Source: Octopus sinensis (Eukaryota). Taken from it: DNA of 50,189 bases. The stretch lies in assembly GCF_006345805.1 (NCBI RefSeq), contig NW_021835709.1, positions 1 to 50,189 of the forward strand. Reading direction: 5' to 3'. The position numbers and the translations under genes are program-made. Numbering within the stretch: the first letter of the stretch is position 1; each line of letters opens with the position of its first letter. Below, piece after piece: positions 1 to 12,543 of this stretch. The notes under the pieces were generated by a model. That model saw only the letters and a list, made by a program, of their open reading frames with translations, searched no databases and was not told the DNA's origin.

Positions 1-27
1 AGCATTGTTGAGTGTTTTATTGAGAAA

Positions 28-119
28 AAACACCTAAGCTCCACGAGGCTCTGGCGCGTGAGGGGGGTGGTGAATTCCGTTGTACTTTTCACTACAACTT
101 TCTCTCACTCTTTCTTCCT
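28..119 (+). mobile_element. Internal fragment of SINE family C, fused to a family A core
   Basis: aaacacctaagctccacg...ctttctctcactctttc matches the reverse complement of about 30894-30980 in the minus-strand family C copy. Confidence 0.7.
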
Positions 120-121
120 AC

Positions 122-255
122 TTCCGCCGAGGTCGACTTTGCCTTTCATCCTTTTTGGGGTCGATAAATTAAGTATCAGTTGCGTACTGGAGTCGATTTA
201 ATCGACTGGTCCCCCCTCCCCCAAAATTTCGGGCCTTGTGCCTAGAGAAGAAAAG
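122..255 (+). mobile_element. SINE family A, 5'-truncated (core plus tail A)
   Basis: ttccgccgaggtcgactttgcctttcatcc...aagtatcagttgcgtactgg...gggccttgtgcctagag, shared with many copies in the window. Confidence 0.9.
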
Positions 256-1587
256 CATGTATTCTACATTGAATATTCCGACTGTATCAATATAATATGA
301 CTGAATTTTTATTGTTCTTTATCAATTTCATTAAGTATTTTCATTAAATTTCTTTAAATATTAATTAAAATCCGGAATGACTCAAAAGAACGAAAGAGTT
401 ATTACTTTTAAATCAAGGAATTTTTGTCATCAATTGTACTTTTTCCTATAATTTTAGAAATTTACCTGATGTGAGTTGATAAGTCATCAACGATTCCCTA
501 CAAGGGGATCAGTGATATGCGTTGATCGATTCCTAATTTCGGACGACCTCGTGGGACCCATATGTGGGTCATTTATATTTAAGAAAAAAATGTTATTGCG
601 TCATTGACGCGTTGTTGTTGTACTTCAGCGCCAGATCAACCCTTATCCAGCAGACCTAGGTTCAAAGATTCTACAACAGAGACCATTCCATCTTTTACTC
701 AGACACTGCATCGAAGACCACCATTTCCTTCGTTTTCCAAAACAACACAGCATGCAACTTGGGAGAGACGTTGTTGCTGTTTGTAGAAGATAGTGGGACC
801 ACATAAAAGCTTCTCTCTCTCTGAATTACACCCGTTATTTATACAGACCCCTATCTTTACAAGGAACGACATATGCTAACGCTCTGACTCTGCATGTTAA
901 TTATGTTGAGTAATGATTCGTTCAAAACTTGGTCCTCACAGCAGTGTCTCATGTTCTACAGACGTAACCCATGTGTTGTTTTGGTAGTTTAGCCGGTGGT
1001 TTTCTAATATTTCGTCGATATTTTACTTGCTTCAAGACGTGTTCTATATCACAACATTTGTTTAGCCTGCCTTTAAAATAATTTCGAGTGTTATAACCCC
1101 TAGAGTGTGCATAAGGGTCAAATAACTAAAATATCGTGATTGCGACCTAGTTGGTCTGATTCAACCCTTTAATTCTTACTAATTCTCTATCATCGAGTGA
1201 TTATTTTCCGTTTTCTACAGATAAATAAACAAGCAGAGTGGTGGAACCGAAGAAGTACTAATTGCTCTAAGTCTGAATGAGACATTATATGGTTCGGAAT
1301 CCCGAACTTTCGTTTGATAAAACCGCATGATGTCTCGACGGGTTATATCCCAGAAATTATTTTAGAGAATTGCTAAATACGTATATCTTCAGTTGCACTT
1401 ATTTTGCAATCTTTTCTGAGCTCTGTTGCGGGAGAAAAACATTTGCGATTGGCCATACAGTGGAGACGTGTATCAGTTTACCGATTCTAACTTCTTCGAC
1501 CTGGTAACTGGTACTCTTTTAGTTGTTCCAGCCATTGGACTGCGACCATATTCGTCGAACAAATCCGTCTCGATATTTCTTTAAGTC

Positions 1588-1804
1588 GGCGAGCTAGCAG
1601 AATCGTTAGCAGTAGCACGCTGGGCGAAATGCTTAGCGATATTTCGTCTGCCGTTACGTTCTGAGTTCAAATTCCACCGAGTTCGACTTTGCTTTTCATC
1701 CTTTCGGGATTGATTAAATAAGTACCAGTTGCGTTCTGGGGTCGATATAATCGACTTAGCCTCTCTCCCAAAATTTCGGGCCTTGTGCCTAGAGTAGAAA
1801 AGAA
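1588..1804 (+). mobile_element. SINE family A, full length
   Basis: tRNA-like head ggcgagctagcagaatcg (A box) ... gagttcaaattcc (B box), central GC(C/T)TTTCATCC domain, tail gggccttgtgcctagagtagaaaaga. Confidence 0.9.
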
Positions 1805-1858
1805 TATGTTTTTTCCTTTCTTTTTTTTTAATATTTTTTTGATATTTCTTCTATGAAA

Positions 1859-2072
1859 GGCGGCGAGCTGGTAGAATCGTTAGCACGGCGAGCAAAATGC
1901 TTAGCGGCATTTCGTCGGTCCTTACATACTGAGTTCAAATTCCGCTAGGGTCGACTTTGCCTCTCATCCTTTCAGAGTCGATAAAAAAAGGATCAGTTGA
2001 GCACCGGGAGTCGATGTAATCGACTTAGCCTCTCCCCTACAGTTTCTGGCCTCTTACCAAAATATGAAACCA
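1859..2072 (+). mobile_element. SINE family A, full length
   Basis: Same head, core and tail as 1588-1804, lying about 55 bp downstream. Confidence 0.9.
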
Positions 2073-2151
2073 AGATTTCCTTCTATGTAACATGACGAAA
2101 AACTCAATTAAACAAAAGACATACATGCATAGAGAGAAAGAAAGAGGCATG

Positions 2152-2159
2152 GAATAGAT

Positions 2160-2246
<87 letters not shown>

Positions 2247-2247
2247 G

Positions 2248-2293
<46 letters not shown>
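2152..2293. repeat. (AGAT)n microsatellite
   Basis: Direct reading. Confidence 0.97.
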
Positions 2294-2505
2294 TTTAAAG
2301 TCGATCTCTCTTTCAGGACAAACTCTAGTCAGATATTATCTCGCAGAAGAATGACATAACGAACGCAAAATAATTAAATAGCGCGAAAACCAAACCCGAC
2401 TTTCCTATTAAAGAAACGAAGTTACCATCTGTCAACTGATATCTAATGGCGTTCTTAGTCTTTGAGTTCTAAGTGTATTTGGAGATTATTCCTGACATTC
2501 CCACA

Positions 2506-2537
<32 letters not shown>

Positions 2538-2652
2538 CTTCTTCTTCTTCTTCTTTTCTTCTTCTTCTTCTTCTTCTTCTACTTCTTCTTCTTCTTCTTT
2601 TTCCTCTTTTTTTCTTCTTCTTCACTACTTCTTCTTCCTCTTCTTCTTCTTC
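2506..2652. repeat. (CTT)n microsatellite
   Basis: Direct reading; source of the poly-S/F/L ORFs. Confidence 0.97.
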
Positions 2653-3061
2653 TTTAGGGTTTCTGTTTTAACCCCTACCCCCTTTTTTTAAAGGTACTTC
2701 TTGTTGCTTTTTGTTGTTGTTGTTGTTGTTTTTGTTGAATCAATTTTTTGTTTACTTTCCCCGTTTTACTTTTTTGCCGTGTTTTCGTTCCATTTCCCCC
2801 GAAACGATTGGGAAAAGTATTCGCTCTCGTCTAACGCAGGAATCTCTGTAAGACTGAACAGATGGAGATGTAGAGAGAGAGGGGAGAGAGAGAGAGAGTG
2901 AGAAAGGTAGAGAATGGGGAGAGGGAGGGACAGAGAGAGAGAAAAGTAGAGAGAGAGGGGACAAAGAGACAGGGGTAACAATGAGAGAGAGGAGAGACAA
3001 AGAGAAATATATTTGTATGTATATGTGTGTGTATGTATGTATATATGTATATGTCTATATA

Positions 3062-3200
3062 CGACGGGCTTCTTTCAGTTTCCATCTACCAAATCCACTC
3101 ACGAGGCTTTGGTCGGTCCGAGGCGAGAGTAGAAGATCCATGCCCAAGATGCCACGCAGTGGAACTGAACTCGGAACCATGTGGTTGGGAAGCAAGCGTC
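3062..3200 (-). mobile_element. SINE family B (CORE-like), head and core only
   Basis: Reverse complement of ...ggttccgagttcagttccactgcgtggcatcttgggca...gatggaaactgaaagaagcccgtcg, ending in a (TACA)-like microsatellite. Confidence 0.85.
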
Positions 3201-3681
3201 TCGCAGGAAATTCAAACATGCTTGCTGCCAGAAATGTGGCACAGACAAATCTAAGACCCAGTCTTCAGCAAACCAACAATGCTGATTACTATAACAAGTT
3301 ATCCTTTCTACTATAGGCAGAAGGCCTGAAATGAAAACATGGCGAGAGGGAAAGAGAAAGAGGAAAACAGTTGTGAGTGAGAGGGAAAGAGAGAGGTGGG
3401 AGTAGCCAGAAATAAATTTAGATTAAATGGATAAAGATAGATTAATTAAGGAAAAGAAAGAATAGTTTGAGACAATAAAAGAAGAGACAATGGAGGAAGG
3501 ATATCTATGAAAGAGAACGAGAGATGGAGACGGGGAGAAGGAATGTGGAAAAGGAATTAAGAGACGGTGTGTAAGTGTGTGGGTGAGAGATGAAAGAGAG
3601 AGGATAATGAACGGGACAGGGGCAGAGGGGGAAGAACGAGGAGAAGGGGTGTGGAAAAGAGATTAAGAGGTGTGGGATTGG

Positions 3682-4067
3682 GTGTGTGGTAAGTAGCTTG
3701 TTTACCAGCCACATGGATCCGGGTTCAGTCCCACTGCGTGGCATCTTGGGCAAGTGTCTTCTACTATAGCCTCAAGGGGCCGACCAAAGCCGTGTGATAG
3801 GACTTGATAGACGGAAACTGAAAGAAGCCTGTCGCGTATATGTGTGTGTGTGTTGTGTGTGTGTGTTTGCGTGTCTGTGTTTGTCCCCCCTCATCGCTTG
3901 ACACTGATGTTGGTGTGTTTACGGCCCCGTAACCTAGCGGTTCGGCAAAAAAATTCGATAGAATAAGTACTAGGCTTACAAAGAATAAGTCCTGGAGTTT
4001 GACTTGTCCGACTAGAAAGGCGGTGCTCCAGCATGGCCGCAGTCAAATGACTGAAACAAGAAAAAGA
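3682..4067 (+). mobile_element. SINE family B, near full length, inserted in a ~105-bp GA-rich tandem unit
   Basis: Head tgtgtggtaagtagc, B-box-like gggttcagtccc, CORE-like cttgggcaagtgtctt, internal (TG)n, tail aggcggtgctccagcatggcc...gactgaaaca. Flanked by aagagg(t)tgtg; 3561-3630 is repeated at 4068-4135. Confidence 0.9.
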
Positions 4068-4177
4068 AGAGGTTGTGTATGTGTGTGGGTGAGAGATGAA
4101 GAGGAGAGGATAATGAACGGGACAGGAACAGAGGGAGAGAGAGAGAGAGAGAAAGAAAGAAAGAAAGAAAAAAAAAG

Positions 4178-4208
<31 letters not shown>

Positions 4209-4624
4209 ACACGTGAGAGGGCTAGGAGAGAGAGGGGATAGATATTCGGAGAGAGAAAGAGGAGGGAACTGAATGAGGAGGTAAGAGGGAAAGAAAGAAG
4301 AAAACGCGATAGAGTGTGTGTGTGCGTGTGTTTGTGTGTGTGTGAGAGAGAGAGAGAGAGAAAGGGAGTGTGTGTGTGTGTGAGAGAGAAAGAGGGTGAG
4401 GGAGGGGTGGAATAAAAGATGAAGAAAAGGTTAACAAAAAGGCAATTGAAGTCGAGAGAACGTTTGTTGAAATTTCTAAATAAATGTTGGACAAAGGAGG
4501 AAAACAAGATAAAAATAGATTTCTTTGAGAAATGGTATTTGGAGGGGAGGGATAAGGGGAGAGGGTAGGTGTAGGAAGGAGGTTTGTTGTTGTCACTGTG
4601 ACAGATTCTAATTATTTATACCAT

Positions 4625-4863
4625 TGTCATTCGCAACATCATCATCATCATCGTCGTCGTCGTCATTTTTTTCGCTGTCGTTGTCGGCCTATCCGTCGCC
4701 ATTGTTTTGCCGCCAGGTAATCATCTTCATCATCACCATCATCATCATCTTACCAGCTTCATCGTCATCATCCCCCTCATCGTCGCCCTCGTCGTCGTCG
4801 ATGTCATCCTCATCACCGTCATCGTCGGCAGTAGAAACAGCATCATCATCATCATCAGCATCA
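4625..4863. repeat. Compound (CAT/CGT)n low-complexity tract
   Basis: Direct reading. Confidence 0.9.
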
Positions 4864-4947
4864 TGACAGGACAACATTTCTTGCCGTAGTAAAGAACCGA
4901 GCCTAAATTTTCCGGAATACTTAGAATTGGCAATATTCAGTTCTACC

Positions 4948-5150
4948 TTAGGCACAAGGTCCAAACTTTTAGGAGAGTAGGCCAGTCGATTAGATCGACC
5001 CCAACGCGTAACTGGTACTTAATTTATCGACCCCGAAAGGATGAAAGGCAAAGTCGATTAATTAAGTATCAGTTGCGTATTGGGGTAGATTTTATCGACT
5101 GGCCCCTTCCCCCAAAATTTCGAGCCTTGTGTCTAGAGCAGAAACGATAT
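4948..5150. mobile_element. Two truncated family A SINEs joined in inverted orientation
   Basis: Minus-strand core and tail (4948-5058) switch at aaagtcga|ttaattaagtatcag to a plus-strand core and tail (5053-5150). Confidence 0.8.
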
Positions 5151-5817
5151 TTAGAATTGTCATTGGTTCTGAATTTAAACCCATTGTAGATCTATTTAAC
5201 AGAAGGCCAATAAAATAATCACTATCAAATACACAAATAACTCAATCCTTATGACTGTGCTTCGCTAAAACGATTTAATAAGGTAGAAATATGTCTGGAG
5301 TTATTATCGTAATTAACAACATCAAGCTTATTGCCCACTTCCTTTTTCATTCACAAGATATCTAATTTTAATCAGTTTATGCACATTTATAACTTCCTGG
5401 AGTTTATGATGTTTCAGCGACTGCTCGCCTCTTCAGCCATTGTAGAAAGAGACAGTTCCCAAGAAGACCTGAGGGAATAAGGAAATCGAAGCGAGCGCAT
5501 TTATGTATAAAAGAAACATACTATTTTTCTTCTTTTTTTCTTCGTGATTGTGAAAATGTTACAGTCAAGACTGCTAAATTAGAACTCTTAAAAAAAACTT
5601 TGGAAGATTTACCTGTTAACTAAGTACACGTTAAACGCGCGGGGTAGATTTTCCCTCGCTTAGTCGTTACATGAGAGTTACATTACAAGTTCACAGCTCT
5701 GTGCAATGATTAGCCAATTATATCTTAATTGAAGGAGGAGGTACTTCAGTTAAGCAAATAACTCTGTACTGACTGTCGAGATCGGTGGTGCCCATTGTGT
5801 GTGTGTGTGTGTACAAG

Positions 5818-5974
5818 ATGGGGGTCTTTCAGTTACTGTCTACCAAATCCGCTTACAAGACTTTGGTCGGCCCGAGGCTATAGAAAAAGACACTTGCCCA
5901 AGGTGCCACGCAATGGGACTGAACCCAGAACCATGGGGTTGGTAAGCAAGCTATTTACTACACATCCACTCCTG
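5818..5974 (-). mobile_element. SINE family B, head and core
   Basis: Reverse complement of caggagtggatgtgtagtaaatagc...ccttgggcaagtgtcttt... Confidence 0.85.
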
Positions 5975-6007
<33 letters not shown>

Positions 6008-6335
6008 TATATATAATATATATATATATATATAAGTATATTTGTGTGTGTATGTATGTATGTATGTATGTAGGTAGGTAGGTAGGTAAGTAGGTGGTAG
6101 GTAGGTAGGTGTCTCTGTAGTATGGGGGATTAGGTAGGAGGATGGGTGGAGGGAGGAAAGGAAAGGATCAGCCCACCGCTCCATGGGGCAACGGAACAGT
6201 TAATTCGTCTCGTTCTCTACCTCCTGCGAGAAACAATATCTGCGATAAACGAAAATTCCCTATTCAAGGGGGGAGAGACAATTAGCAGTAGTAGTAGTAG
6301 TAGTGGTAGTAGTAGTAGTAGTAGTAGTAGTAGTA

Positions 6336-6367
<32 letters not shown>

Positions 6368-6837
6368 CTGGTAGTAGTTTATCTCTCATCCACTTCACTA
6401 AACGCTACGAAAGTGAAGATAAGTTCTTCGTCATATGGATCTCTGTTGTCATTTGCTAACAGACACTTAACGTCTGTTTGCTCGCTTTAACGCTTTTCAA
6501 GTTATTCTTATATTTACACTCATTTTTTTGTTTTTGTTTTTGTTTATTTTACTGATGGCTGCTGTGATCAAACTAGAGCCACCTTTTCTCGTCGTTTTCA
6601 TGGATGAAATGAAAGTTCTGTTTCTTTTCGTATCGGTTTTGCGCTTAACCGAGGGTCCAAAGTTGTGTTGATATGCTCCTTTACTCTGAGCTCCTTTCTG
6701 AAGCCACTACATCTGTTAAAAGACCCTACAATCTTAGTTGTCACCAGTGAAAGGCTCATAAAGATCCCTGGTCTAGAACCCTCACGCCTCTGACCGAAGG
6801 CAGAATGAATGCCTCCGTTCTTATGAATATTGGTATA

Positions 6838-7328
6838 GGCGCAGGAATGGCTGTGTGGTAAGTAGCTTGCTTCCCAAACACAGGGTTCCGGGTTCAGTCC
6901 CACTGCGTGACATCTTGGGCAAGTGTCTTCTCTATAGCCCCAAGCCGACCAAAGCCTTCTGAGATGATTTAGTATGCGGAAACTGAAAGAAGCCTGCCAC
7001 ATATATATGTGTGTGTGTGTGTATGTGTGTGTGTATGTGTGTGTGTGTGTGTGTGTGTGTCCACCATCGCTTGACAACTGATTGCGGAGTCTTTTAACAG
7101 ATGTAGTGACTTCAGAAAGGAGCTCAGTGTAAAGGAGAATTTCAACACAACTTTGGACCCTCGGTTAAGCGCAAAACATCCCCGTAACTTAGCGGTTAAG
7201 CAAAAAACAAAAGCTAAAATAAGTACTAGGCTTACAAAGAACAAATCCGGGGGTCGATTTGCTCGACCAAAGGCGGTGCCCCAGCATGGCCGCAGTCAAA
7301 TGGCTGAGACAAATAAGAGAATAAAGAA
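6838..7328 (+). mobile_element. SINE family B, full length, carrying a ~100-bp foreign insertion in its tail
   Basis: Head ggcgcaggaatggctgtgtggtaag, core, (TG)n, tail ending aggcggtgccccagcatggcc...gagacaaataaga. Confidence 0.9.
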
Positions 7329-7484
7329 TATCAACATTCATTGGTATCTATTTTAGGCGCAAGGGACGATATAAGATCATGTTCTTCACTTTTCTTCGTT
7401 TAATTTAATTAATTAGAAAATTACTATTTTAAAATCTCACAACCAGAATTATTCAGCAACAGTACTTTGGAGTAAAGATTTTTT

Positions 7485-7728
7485 GCCAACGTAACATGGC
7501 AGTCCTGGTTTAGGATGAACATTGCTGTAATTTAGCCCCAGGAGACATCGCGATGAAGTAAAATCGCGATACACAGATATTGTTTTGAGCTGAGTGGGGA
7601 TGCTAGATTCCCTTGTTCGAAAATATAAGGACACAGATCGTGTCGTATTAGCCAGCTGGTGACGATGTCTCCTGGGGCTAAATTACAGCAACATTAGTCC
7701 TAAACCAGGACTGCCATGTTATGTTGGC
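7485..7728. mobile_element. MITE-like element with 66-bp terminal inverted repeats
   Basis: 7485-7550 and 7663-7728 are inverted repeats with 5 mismatches in 66 bp. No TSD recognised. Confidence 0.8.
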
Positions 7729-7912
7729 GTACAATCTTGACTCCGAACATTATACTGTTTACACGGTAGAGTGTGATATATTTTAAGAATTTTAAGTGGA
7801 TTGGATTAAGAGAAACCCCACAGACCCGACTTTAGAAGTACATTAATTTCAATTTTCTAATTACGCTTTGGTTCCTTACTTTTCTAAGAGTGCTTTATAT
7901 TTTAAGTATATA

Positions 7913-8066
7913 GGCGCAGGAGTAGCTGTGTAGTACGTAGCTTGCTTACCAAACTCATGGTTCCGGGTTCAGTCCAACTGCATGGCACCTTGGTCTACTA
8001 TAGCGTCGAGTCGACTAAAGCCTTGTGAGTGGATTTGGTAGACGGAAACTGAAAGAAGCCTGTCGT
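7913..8066 (+). mobile_element. SINE family B, head and core, ending in (ATGT)n
   Basis: ggcgcaggagtagctgtgtagtacgtagc...gacggaaactgaaagaagcctgtcg. Confidence 0.85.
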
Positions 8067-8139
8067 TTATATGCATGTATGTATGTATGTATGTATGTAT
8101 GTATGTATGTATGTATGCATGCATGTATGCGTGTAACCT

Positions 8140-8345
8140 CGATGTGATTCTCAAGGAGAGTTAGTGTGACAGGCTGTGAAAAGGCTTTGCTTTTTGAATT
8201 ACTGTACAACCCACCCGACGGGCTTCAGTATCGTTTCCTTCTGACCAGTTTCACTCACAAAAGGTAGAACGGCCCGAGTTTAGAGAAAACATGCTACGCA
8301 GTGGAATCAATGAAGAGACTTCGATGTTTCGCAGCAAATTTTTTT
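8140..8345 (-). mobile_element. Diverged family-B-related SINE with alternative tail
   Basis: cgacgggcttc...ttcactcacaa and gattctcaaggagagttagtgtgaca resemble the reverse complement of 17700-17850. Confidence 0.55.
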
Positions 8346-8610
8346 GCCATTAAGCTATGGTACTGTAGAAATAAAGCTTCCCCAACCAGCCACAAGAGTT
8401 CCGTCGACAAATGATGCGACGCACCGATTGCTATGTACGGGCGTAAGATTCAATATCCTCTATATGTAACACCTTGTATTGCTATACCTCAACCCACATA
8501 CACATACACACACGCACAGAAGTATACAAACACAGAAACACATAAACGCACATACACACATACAAACAGAAAACACACACACAAATACAGACACATACAT
8601 TGTATCAGCT

Positions 8611-8659
<49 letters not shown>

Positions 8660-9169
8660 CATGTTGTAAAAGCGGATTCCATTAAAAGTGATAAGGAAAA
8701 GAACCAAAGATTTTTGCTTTAGGTTTTATAAACATTTTGGGAGCCAGTTGTATAATTAGTGGCCCTTAAAATGCCAAATTGTCACTTTATGTTACATTGG
8801 GAGAAAAATGGGAAACACTGGAGACCCCTACATAGCTGACACGATTATGGGGGATAAACAAAACCCCAATCACCACAATTTACGCTACCATCACAATTCC
8901 TGCACATGACGCTACCATCAGCACGCACCTGCAATCACCAACTCCCTATTTCTTCTTTTTTTTTTTACTTCCTGATGTAAGGGACTGAGGAAGGAGACTT
9001 AAGGGAGTTGAGGAAGGGAATCTTACGGGATCTGACAAAGCTTCTCCTTCCCCCATGTTTTTTCTCTGTGTATGGTCACGTTTGGAACAAGAATTTCCAT
9101 GATCTCTTATATATGTATATGTGTTTGTGTATAATATTAATATATATATATGTATATATATTATATATC

Positions 9170-9227
<58 letters not shown>

Positions 9228-9858
9228 ATAATATGATATATATAATATATATATATATATAACGGGAAGCTTTATGAAAATAGACAAAATATATATATAT
9301 GATAGCGTAACGGTGCTCCTGTTGTGTGTGATGAGCGTTAAGACCGTATGTGTGCGTGCGTCACTGAGTTTCACACACACACGTATATATATAAATTTAT
9401 AGATAGATAGATATACATATATACATACATACATACACATGTGTGTCTGCTTCTATGCTTGTGTGTTCGTGTGTGTGCGCATGTATGTGTGTGTTTGCAT
9501 GTGTGTGTGAGTGTGTGTGTGTATGTATGTATTTGTGTGTGTATCTGTTACTTAATGATGGAGTATGGTTTTTATTTTGAATTTTGATCGCAAAAATACT
9601 GCTTCGTAACCAGCAGGAAACCTATGGTACCAGAAAAACAGCAAAAAGAAACACATATAAAAACAGTTATTTATCTAACACACACACATATATACCTATG
9701 TTCCCTTTTTTTCGCCCCACTTTTTCATTTTTATTCGTCTCCCTTTCTCACTCACACACATACGCAGACAGCGCGCGCGCATGCACCTCCTTCCACACAT
9801 ACCGACAACTAGATCAGCCAGGCAATTTTGTTGCCCCTTCTGAGCTTTTCCAACCAAC

Positions 9859-9862
9859 ATTA

Positions 9863-9917
<55 letters not shown>

Positions 9918-9937
9918 CATCATTATTATTATTATCA

Positions 9938-9988
<51 letters not shown>
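9859..9988. repeat. (ATT)n microsatellite
   Basis: Direct reading. Confidence 0.97.
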
Positions 9989-9989
<1 letters not shown>

Positions 9990-10678
9990 GATTTTCCGAA
10001 ATAAGGTTCATGTAGTTAGCTTATCTTCCCAGTTTATCATGTTAGTGGCAGCGGGCGGTGTCGGAGGGGTAGCGGTGTCCGTGGTTGGGGGTGGGGTGGG
10101 ATGGGGTGGGGGGTCTTGGTGTAGACCTCGGATAGGGGCAGAAAAATTAATGGTGGCAAAAAAATAAACAGAAACACAGAAGGAAAGAGAGAGAGAGAGA
10201 GAGAGAAATAGTGATACAAAGAAGTGTTATTAACAAAGACATACGTACACAACATTTATATTTGTGTGTGTATGTATGTATGTATGTATGTATGTATGTA
10301 TGTATGTATGTATGTATGTATGTATGTATGTGTGTGTATGTGTGCGTGTATGTATGTATGTATACACACGCACATGTATCTATATGTAAATATGGAGTCA
10401 GGATAGAAGGGAAAAAAGGCGTTATTAGGAATCAAGAAGGAAGAGAAAAAACGCTGTTGTCGCCCCCATTTCTGTGTCCCCTACCCCCGCTACATCTGCT
10501 GGGAAACAAAACTGTTTATCACCCCTAATAGGGTCTGATATACAACGGATCTCATGCAGTTCCTAATTTCTGCCAAAGTAGCAGAATGGGAGGAGGGAAG
10601 GAAGGAAGGAAGAAAAAAAGTAAAAAGGAAAGAAAGAAAGAAAGAGAGAAAGAAAGAAAGAAAGAAAGGAAGGAGAAA

Positions 10679-10715
<37 letters not shown>

Positions 10716-11389
10716 GACGAAAGGTGTAAGTAAAAAGATAGCATCCGATTCGTGGAGTCGATGGAGCATCAGATAGATTGTGTTGTACTAATCCTTCCGG
10801 CTCTGGTTCAAGTTCCTCTGAGGTCAATTTTGCTTTTCACCTTCCCGGGGTCGTTAAAATAAGTGCCGGTCCCTGTTTCCTTTCCTTCATTTAATGGGTT
10901 TTCAGCTTTTCTGGAAAGTATTGACTTCATTCAGGCCTAAAAATGAATGTACTCGACAGGTCTTAAAATTATTTAAGATGCATCGTCATAACACTACCAA
11001 CGATGGTTGGTAACCTTATGACTCCGTCGAGGGGCTGAGGACCCAATGCAAAGCAGGAGAGGGTAAGATATTTTCCAATGTTTGTTCTGATTATATACGC
11101 GTTGATTTCAAATCCCGCCGATGTCAACTTCATGCTTTCGTCTTTGCGACAGTCAAATAAATAAATTTCCGCTCCAGGGTGGAATTGTTAAAATATTGGA
11201 CGAGATACCTGCCTTTTGGACCTTAGCACTCTGCATTCTAAAGGGGTATATCTAATAAGGTGCCTGGTTTAAAAGCACAAACTTGTTGTTGGGTAATTTT
11301 AGTGGAATCCTCTGTAAGTCGCTTCTCTTGTTTGAGGATAACTTAATCCTTTCATTTCATCAGAAAGCCCTGATCGGAATGTAGCTGGA

Positions 11390-11703
11390 CAGCCACTTCT
11401 TCCGTGGTCATCAGCTTTGCATGTTAACTTTTTATTGTCTCCGGACGTAGAAGTGCATGCTAACCTCCCCATGCACGCCATCATCTCTGAACTAAAACAA
11501 TGGAATTCCACATTTCATAGCGTTCTGTTATCTTAGCTCGATCCTGAACAATCAAGCGACCGGTCATCTGGAAAATAAGACAATAAGAAAATAAGAAATC
11601 CCCATTAGTGTTGTCTGTTTAAAAAATGTTTTCGCCATGACTTCAGGGATACAAAAAATTCTCTAAGCAATTTCTAACGCCTAGTTACTTTCCACTCACC
11701 CTG
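11390..11703 (-). mobile_element. Decayed Tc1/mariner-type transposon 5' end (DUF4817-like HTH N-terminus)
   Basis: Minus strand begins TA|CAGGGTGAGTGGAAAG, a typical TIR start for this group. It then encodes MTGRLIVQDRAKITERYEMWNSIVLVQR*WRAWGG*HALLRPETIKS*HAKLMTT, resembling N-termini of these transposases, with three in-frame stops. Confidence 0.7.
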
Positions 11704-11753
11704 TATATACATGTACATAGACATGTATATATGTGTATATATATATATATATA

Positions 11754-11791
<38 letters not shown>

Positions 11792-12314
11792 CACTCGTGT
11801 GTAAATATATATACGTGTATATGTACATGGATGTATATTTACACGTCTATGCGTCTATATGTGTATATACATATAGACATATACAAAATCATGTATTCGT
11901 ATATATATATACATGATGTCCACAAAAAATGCTTGATTACGTTTATGTCATTGAGTACGGTTTGGCGATTAGTTAATTAGAGTCATTTTTATTAATTATT
12001 AACCTGCTGTTGATAAAGAAGAATGAGGAAATGGTGTTTTAATTATATACAAAATGAAAGCACCCGGTCATTTTTTTCTCATTTTTTTCTGCCTTAATAA
12101 CTCATAGAGAATTAAGAACACATGAGTAAACGAAATGATAGTGAGACCCAACCATCTAAATAAGATATGTGGGAAGCGATGTAATTCAACTGCAGTTTAA
12201 GCAAAATACGACAAGAACCTGTCTTACTGCTGATTTTAAGAATTCTGTAAACAAGCGGTAAAGGATGGGTTTGCAATGTTAACGTTTTCTTCTGCTGTGA
12301 TATGAGGTTGTAGA

Positions 12315-12473
12315 TTTAAAGTTATTTCTACAGGTTTCTTCATAGAAATGTCACCCAGCGCTGAAAGTTTCGTGACTGTATTGAGTTTACAAAGACGTAT
12401 TCGTATACGAAAGGTCGTAACTTTCAGTGTTGGCTCTAATTTCTATGGATAATGTGTAGAGATAAATTTTAAA
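12315..12473. repeat. Ancient degenerate inverted repeat (fold-back/MITE relic)
   Basis: 12315-12376 aligns by eye at roughly 70% to the reverse complement of 12413-12473 (shared tttaaa..ttat.tctaca, catagaaat, ctgaaagtt). Confidence 0.55.
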
Positions 12474-12543
12474 AGTAACTGAATCGCACTGCTAACACAG
12501 GTAGGATGCAGTACTAACTTATAGGCCTTTAATATACATCTTT

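Noticed and set aside
5385-5471. Minus-strand acceptor ttccttattccctcag and short frames
   Set aside because: All frames close within about 22 codons and no donor or homology was seen.
10087-10113. G-quadruplex-forming G runs
   Set aside because: The motif is real but such runs are common in low-complexity DNA, and no functional context is visible.
11299-11570. Host exon after ttattttccag on the minus strand
   Set aside because: The frame from the ATG has three stops and matches a mariner-type N-terminus downstream of a TIR.
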